From the NCBI GenBank assembly GCA_030532125.1, contig JAUNLU010000003.1, positions 26,491 through 90,490 on the forward strand: a stretch of DNA of 64,000 bases, given 5' to 3'. A program made the position numbers and the translations under genes. Below the pieces are notes generated by a model that was not told the DNA's origin, ran no database searches, and saw only the letters and a program-made list of their open reading frames with translations. Position 1 is the stretch's first letter. Every line of letters begins with the position of its first letter. Origin of the DNA: Trueperella sp. Lineage in GTDB: Bacteria; Actinomycetota; Actinomycetes; Actinomycetales; Actinomycetaceae. Shown here piece by piece: positions 59,463-64,000 of this stretch.

Positions 59463-60407
59463 TCACTCAGATACTATTGAGCGCGCTTTGAGTAGTGGCA
59501 GCACTCCCCGCAATACTGAAGCCAGATCAGTAGGCAGAGATCCAGGCACCAGCACTACCCCATCTGAAGCACCCAATCCGACCCAGGATTCCACCGTGTC
59601 TGCCACGTCATAGACCGTACCAATAACCTTGGGCAGCCCCGGGAATATCTCACAACCGTTTATCTCTTCAATAAGCAGTGCTCGTTCTTCTGCTGCCGGC
59701 ACCGTCGCCGAGATTACGATCCCAATTTCTGCCATAACCGGCAAATCCCGGTTGGCTTCTTTTGCTGCGGCTCGCAAAGCAAAGCGGGCACCGCGGGCTT
59801 CGTGCGGGTTTGAAACTCGCAACCGAATACTATCGGCAATAGAAACCACCAGCTTTGCCCGTTCGGGCGAAACTTTAGGATTAGTGATAACCACAGTTAC
59901 CGGAATACCAGCGGCCCGGGCATCTGCCGCTGCCGCTGCCAATGCCGCAAAATCAGAATTTTCATGCAATGGAATAGTTATACCGGCCCATCCCGCAGTC
60001 TGCTTGGCCAATAGATCGGTAGCTATATTGATCGCTTCCGGTGTCGCACAAGTTTCTACACAGATCCCACCGGTAGCGAATTCAGCAATTTTTGCCGCAG
60101 CATGTACCCCGTCCAAGGAGGAATCTCGCGTCTTACCCAGCGAGTGGGTAGCAAAGGTGGAGTTCAAGCTAACGAAGTCAATACCGCCGTCATGCGCAGT
60201 ACGCATCGCAGTAATTAGTTTCCGGTAATCAACCTGATCCAAGGGCGAAGAAACCGCATATTCTCCAGTGCAATTCGCCCCCAATAGTGACAGATCGATC
60301 CCAACGCTAGCGGTTTTAGTGTGCTCTGACGCCAAGCTCATATCGAGCTGTGCAACAGTGGATTTTAGGTTTGTTAATTCAGAACAAGCTGCTAATTCGA
60401 TACTCAT
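59463..60407 (-). CDS. Possible luciferase-like (LLM-class) flavin-dependent oxidoreductase
   Basis: 314-aa ORF. TIM-barrel-like segments (GIDFVSLNSTF, VTVVITNP) recall LLM-family proteins. This is a weak by-eye assignment. Confidence 0.35.
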   Translation of the reverse strand: MSIELAACSELTNLKSTVAQLDMSLASEHTKTASVGIDLSLLGANCTGEYAVSSPLDQVDYRKLITAMRTAHDGGIDFVSLNSTFATHSLGKTRDSSLDGVHAAAKIAEFATGGICVETCATPEAINIATDLLAKQTAGWAGITIPLHENSDFAALAAAAADARAAGIPVTVVITNPKVSPERAKLVVSIADSIRLRVSNPHEARGARFALRAAAKEANRDLPVMAEIGIVISATVPAAEERALLIEEINGCEIFPGLPKVIGTVYDVADTVESWVGLGASDGVVLVPGSLPTDLASVLRGVLPLLKARSIVSE

Positions 60408-60906
60408 TTTTCATGTCCAATTCTGCGGAAGATACAATCCGGCTATTTCAATTTCGCGAGAGTCTGGGATCAACGCCAGAGCCAAAATCGAATTGAATAG
60501 GAAATCGAATAGGACATAATGTGCCCGAAGGAATGTGGGTTGATGCGGTTCTCTGCCATGAGCCATTCCTTTCATGCACTCGTATTATTATTCATACTGA
60601 ATTAGTTGAAACCTATCGGTAATGCCACGAACAGGTCAAGGCAGACAGTATAAAAATGCTGTTATGACCGCCGGAATCCAGCGGTGAGCACACCCACTTT
60701 CCCGATAAAACCCAAGCGTTGAGCGGTAAATCACCTACTGCCTATAACTCAAGGTGAATCGCATCACAACTGACTGCCGGCTCATCTTACGAGGTGAATA
60801 GCCGGTATCCAATCTGTGAACAAAAGAAGTTTTCTGCCGCTCAATTAGTGGACAGCGCCGTCCTAGTTACGGACACAGTTGCAGTTTTATGCAACGCAGC
60901 TTCAAG

Positions 60907-62022
60907 TTAGCGCTGCGTCAGATCGTCAGCATGTACCACTGGGCGCGGTGCCCGCACAGCTTTAGCCCCATCACTACGCGGAGTGATGAACTGCCGCACT
61001 TCGCCGTCTGAAAATGCCGCTAGCCCGCGCGCGACCTCTCCCCCAGCAGTATCCACAATCTGCACTAAATCCCCAGCCGCAAAGGAACCCGAGACCTGCC
61101 TAATCCCCACTGCCAGCAGCGAAGCCCCACCAGCACGCAATGCAGTGGCAGCACCGTCATCCACCGTCAACGTGCCCCGAATCTGTGCCACATAGCGCAA
61201 CCACAACGAACGCGCCGAAGAACGCTTGCGGCGCGGCACAAACCAGGTACCCAGATCTGCGCCAGTTAGCGCCTCCCGCAGATCTTCAGTGGCGACCAAT
61301 AAACTAGCTACCCCACCGGAAGTAGCAATATCAGCCGCTTCTACTTTGGTGCGCATGCCGCCGGTGCCTACATCCGATCCTTTGCCAGTGATAGTAAGCC
61401 CGGCTAAATCCTGTGGCGAGTTCACTTCGGCAATCCGCCGTGCCCCCGGTCTATCGGGCGGCAGCGTATAAAGCGCATCTACATCAGTGCACAGTACTAG
61501 CGCAGTAGCGTCTACCAAATGTGCCACTAGCGCAGCTAGTCGATCGTTGTCGCCAAAGCGCAACTCATCGGTCACTACGGCGTCATTTTCATTCACAATC
61601 GGCACCACTCCCAGGTGCAACAGCTTTTTCAACGACCGCTGCGCATTGGTGTAGTGCCGCCGGTCCAATACGTCATCCGGAGTAAGCAGCACCTGCCCAA
61701 TGGTCAGACCGTGCGCAGCAAATGCTTGCGAATAGGCGGCCATTAGCCGAGTCTGACCCACCATAGCTGCCGCCTGCTGGGAACGCACATCACTGGGCCG
61801 CCGATGCATCCCCAGCGGCGCAATGCCAGCAGCCACCGCACCCGATGAAACTAGCACTATCGATTGCCCGCGTTCCCGCGCCTGCGCCACTGTCTCAACT
61901 AAGTACTCCAGCTGATCCAGATTTAACGAACCATCGGGCGCAGTTAGCGACGACGACCCCACCTTAATAACTAGGCGCGGCGCTTCACTAATTAAGAAAC
62001 GGTTAGACAGCAGCGGTTTCAT
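60907..62022 (-). CDS. proB: Glutamate 5-kinase
   Basis: Amino-acid kinase fold (VIKVGSSSLT ... VLVSSGAVAAG ... GDNDRLAA) and a C-terminal PUA-like domain. Confidence 0.94.
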   Translation of the reverse strand: MKPLLSNRFLISEAPRLVIKVGSSSLTAPDGSLNLDQLEYLVETVAQARERGQSIVLVSSGAVAAGIAPLGMHRRPSDVRSQQAAAMVGQTRLMAAYSQAFAAHGLTIGQVLLTPDDVLDRRHYTNAQRSLKKLLHLGVVPIVNENDAVVTDELRFGDNDRLAALVAHLVDATALVLCTDVDALYTLPPDRPGARRIAEVNSPQDLAGLTITGKGSDVGTGGMRTKVEAADIATSGGVASLLVATEDLREALTGADLGTWFVPRRKRSSARSLWLRYVAQIRGTLTVDDGAATALRAGGASLLAVGIRQVSGSFAAGDLVQIVDTAGGEVARGLAAFSDGEVRQFITPRSDGAKAVRAPRPVVHADDLTQR

Positions 62023-63563
62023 TAGGATTCTTCATCCTCCGCAGCCGCTGCAATAGCGGGATCGGTCCACACCCCATAGTCACGTTCTGAGCGCAGCTGC
62101 TGGCGCGCGGCCTCTTTGGCATCCATCGCTTCGTGGAAAGCCGCTTTACGCTCCCGGCGGGTCGGGCGCAGTTCTTCGTACAGCCGCGCATCCGAACCAC
62201 GCGGTCCGAGCAGCTCAGCCCCCGTAGATACCCCTGGCTCCCAATCAAAAACTACGCCGTCTTCTTCAGAACCAATTACCACCATATCGCCTGGCTTGGC
62301 TCCCAACCGCATCAGTTCTTTTTCTACCCCCAAGTTGTAGAGCCGGTCTGCCAAATATCCCACTGCTTCGTCATTGCTGAAGTCAGTTTGCAAAATCCAT
62401 CGCTCCGGTTTGTCACCCCGCACTTGGAAAATTGGCTTTCCGCCCTTTTGCCCAGGAGTTATCGTGAATCCAGATTCCTCCGCCTTGCCAAGCGGGCGAA
62501 TAATTGGGCGCGCTGCGGCTACTTCATCAGTGGTGCGTACCGCGGCCACAATTTCTGCCAGCGCGAATCCCAACTCACGCAAACCTGCGCGCGTGGCAGC
62601 CGATATCTGGAACGTGCGCAAGCCGCGGCTTTCCAGCTCAGGGAGCACAAACTCTGCTAGTTCCCGCGCTTCCGGCACATCGACTTTATTCAATACCACT
62701 ATGCGCGGGCGCTCCATAAGACCGGGGCGATCAGGCATAGGCGGCACTAGCTTGGCATAATCGCGCAGCTCCGCTTCGATAGTGTCTAGGTCGCTGATTG
62801 GATCCCGGTCCGGCTCCAAAGTGGCACAGTCGATAACGTGCACAATCACCGCGCATCGTTCAATATGCCGCAAAAATTCATGCCCCAGGCCCTTACCGGC
62901 TGCAGCTCCCGGAATCAGCCCCGGGACATCTGCCATAGTAAATCTATGTGCGCCCGCAGAAACCACCCCTAGGTTCGGCACCAGCGTAGTAAACGGGTAA
63001 TCGGCAATTTTCGGGCGCGCCGCACTCATCGCTGCAATCAGTGAGGACTTACCAGCGGATGGAAAACCTACAAGGGCGACGTCGGCAACCGATTTCAGCT
63101 CCAATACCACCGAGATTTCTTCACCCGGCTCCCCCAACAGTGCAAATCCAGGAGCCTTCCGCTTTTTTGATGCCAGGGCAGCATTCCCCAGCCCACCAAA
63201 CCCACCGGTGGCTACCGTGATCTCGCTACCGTCTCCTACCAGGTCAGCCAATACGTCGCCAGCTAAAGTTTTTACCACTGTGCCATTTGGCACCAGCAGA
63301 ATGGTATCTTCGCCGCGTTTGCCGTGTTGCAGATCCCCGCCCCCGGGCTTGCCATTTTCGGCGCTGATATGCGGGGCATGGTGCAGTGAAAGCAACGTAG
63401 TTTCTTGTGGGTCTACGCGCAAGATAATGTCACCACCGTGACCACCGTTGGCGCCGTCCGGGCCACCCAGCGGTTTGAACTTCTCCCGGCGCACAGACAC
63501 ACAGCCGTTGCCGCCATTGCCGGCCTTCAGGTGTAGCACCACTCGGTCTACAAAATTAGCCAC
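62022..63563 (-). CDS. obg: GTPase Obg/CgtA
   Basis: Obg-fold N-terminus ([20 protein letters not shown]), the G domain ([20 protein letters not shown]) and a C-terminal extension. Confidence 0.96.
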   Translation of the reverse strand: MANFVDRVVLHLKAGNGGNGCVSVRREKFKPLGGPDGANGGHGGDIILRVDPQETTLLSLHHAPHISAENGKPGGGDLQHGKRGEDTILLVPNGTVVKTLAGDVLADLVGDGSEITVATGGFGGLGNAALASKKRKAPGFALLGEPGEEISVVLELKSVADVALVGFPSAGKSSLIAAMSAARPKIADYPFTTLVPNLGVVSAGAHRFTMADVPGLIPGAAAGKGLGHEFLRHIERCAVIVHVIDCATLEPDRDPISDLDTIEAELRDYAKLVPPMPDRPGLMERPRIVVLNKVDVPEARELAEFVLPELESRGLRTFQISAATRAGLRELGFALAEIVAAVRTTDEVAAARPIIRPLGKAEESGFTITPGQKGGKPIFQVRGDKPERWILQTDFSNDEAVGYLADRLYNLGVEKELMRLGAKPGDMVVIGSEEDGVVFDWEPGVSTGAELLGPRGSDARLYEELRPTRRERKAAFHEAMDAKEAARQQLRSERDYGVWTDPAIAAAAEDEES

Positions 63564-63605
63564 TTTTGCCTCCTCGCGCGCACCTAAATTAAAACTTATC
63601 TAGCG

Positions 63606-63644
63606 AAAAATAAAAAGGGGCGGAAGGAGATAACCTTCCACCCC
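63606..63644 (-). terminator. Rho-independent terminator between rpmA and obg
   Basis: The minus strand reads GGGGTGGAAGG-ttatct-CCTTCCGCCCC, followed by TTTTTATTTTT. Confidence 0.8.
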
Positions 63645-63681
63645 TGGGCTAGCTGCCAGCTATCTGGCAGTAGCAAAGTGT

Positions 63682-63936
63682 CTAGGCGTCTGCCAAGACA
63701 CTGACGATCTTGCGGTCCCGCCGGGTGCCGAATTCTACGGTACCGGAGACCAGAGCGAACAGCGTATCATCCTTGCCACGACCAACGTTGTCGCCGGGGT
63801 GGATGCGCGTGCCGCGCTGGCGTACCAGGATTTCACCTGCGTTGACGCCCTGCCCGCCATAGCGTTTTACACCAAGGCGCTTGGCATTAGAATCGCGACC
63901 ATTAGAAGTGGAACTCGCGCCCTTCTTAGTTGCCAT
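63682..63936 (-). CDS. rpmA: 50S ribosomal protein L27
   Basis: 84-aa ORF with (M)[23 protein letters not shown] ... GTRIHPG, a canonical L27 sequence. Confidence 0.96.
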   Translation of the reverse strand: MATKKGASSTSNGRDSNAKRLGVKRYGGQGVNAGEILVRQRGTRIHPGDNVGRGKDDTLFALVSGTVEFGTRRDRKIVSVLADA

Positions 63937-64000
63937 TGTTCTGACCTTCTCTATCTAGTCTCTTGCTCGGAGTTGCTCGTAACTAAAACCGCGGCAAATC

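Noticed and set aside
63951-64000. Possible 3' end of rplU (L21) upstream of rpmA
   Set aside because: A minus-strand frame reads [15 protein letters not shown]-stop and ends 15 nt before rpmA, which fits the usual rplU-rpmA order. However, 15 residues with no recognisable L21 motif are not enough to call it.

Overview
This looks like a chromosomal segment from a moderately high-GC Gram-positive, most likely an actinobacterium (Actinomycetales-like). That placement is inferred from synteny, GTG starts and the long-form LeuA; no organism can be named from sequence alone. Most of the window is conserved housekeeping on the minus strand: uppS, recO, leuA, era-ybeY-phoH, rsmE, dnaJ-hrcA with a CIRCE operator, hemW, trmB, lepA, rpsT, holA, comEC-comEA, leuS, nadD-rsfS, proA, proB-obg-rpmA. 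There are also transport and metabolic modules: metNIQ behind a SAM-type riboswitch, putP, a PadR plus ABC/FtsX module, azlCD, pcp and capA. The accessory part is an ~8.4 kb co-directional defence island (about 46079..54443, minus strand) that abuts the 3' end of a tRNA-Ala(GGC) gene. It holds a lower-GC SIR2-like plus HerA-like ATPase pair, which matches the known SIR2-HerA NAD+-depletion defence architecture. Only 78 nt downstream lies a Type III restriction-modification operon (mod-res). Those 78 nt read in frame as the C-terminal stub of a small XRE/YozG-like HTH gene, which looks like an insertion scar. The mod gene also has a strongly AT-rich central (target-recognition) segment. I did not see a system I can defend as wholly undescribed. 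The strongest candidates are the SIR2-HerA / Type III R-M junction, two G-poor non-coding tracts carrying repeats, and a Leu-codon leader upstream of leuA. All functional calls rest on motif recognition by eye; no database search was possible.
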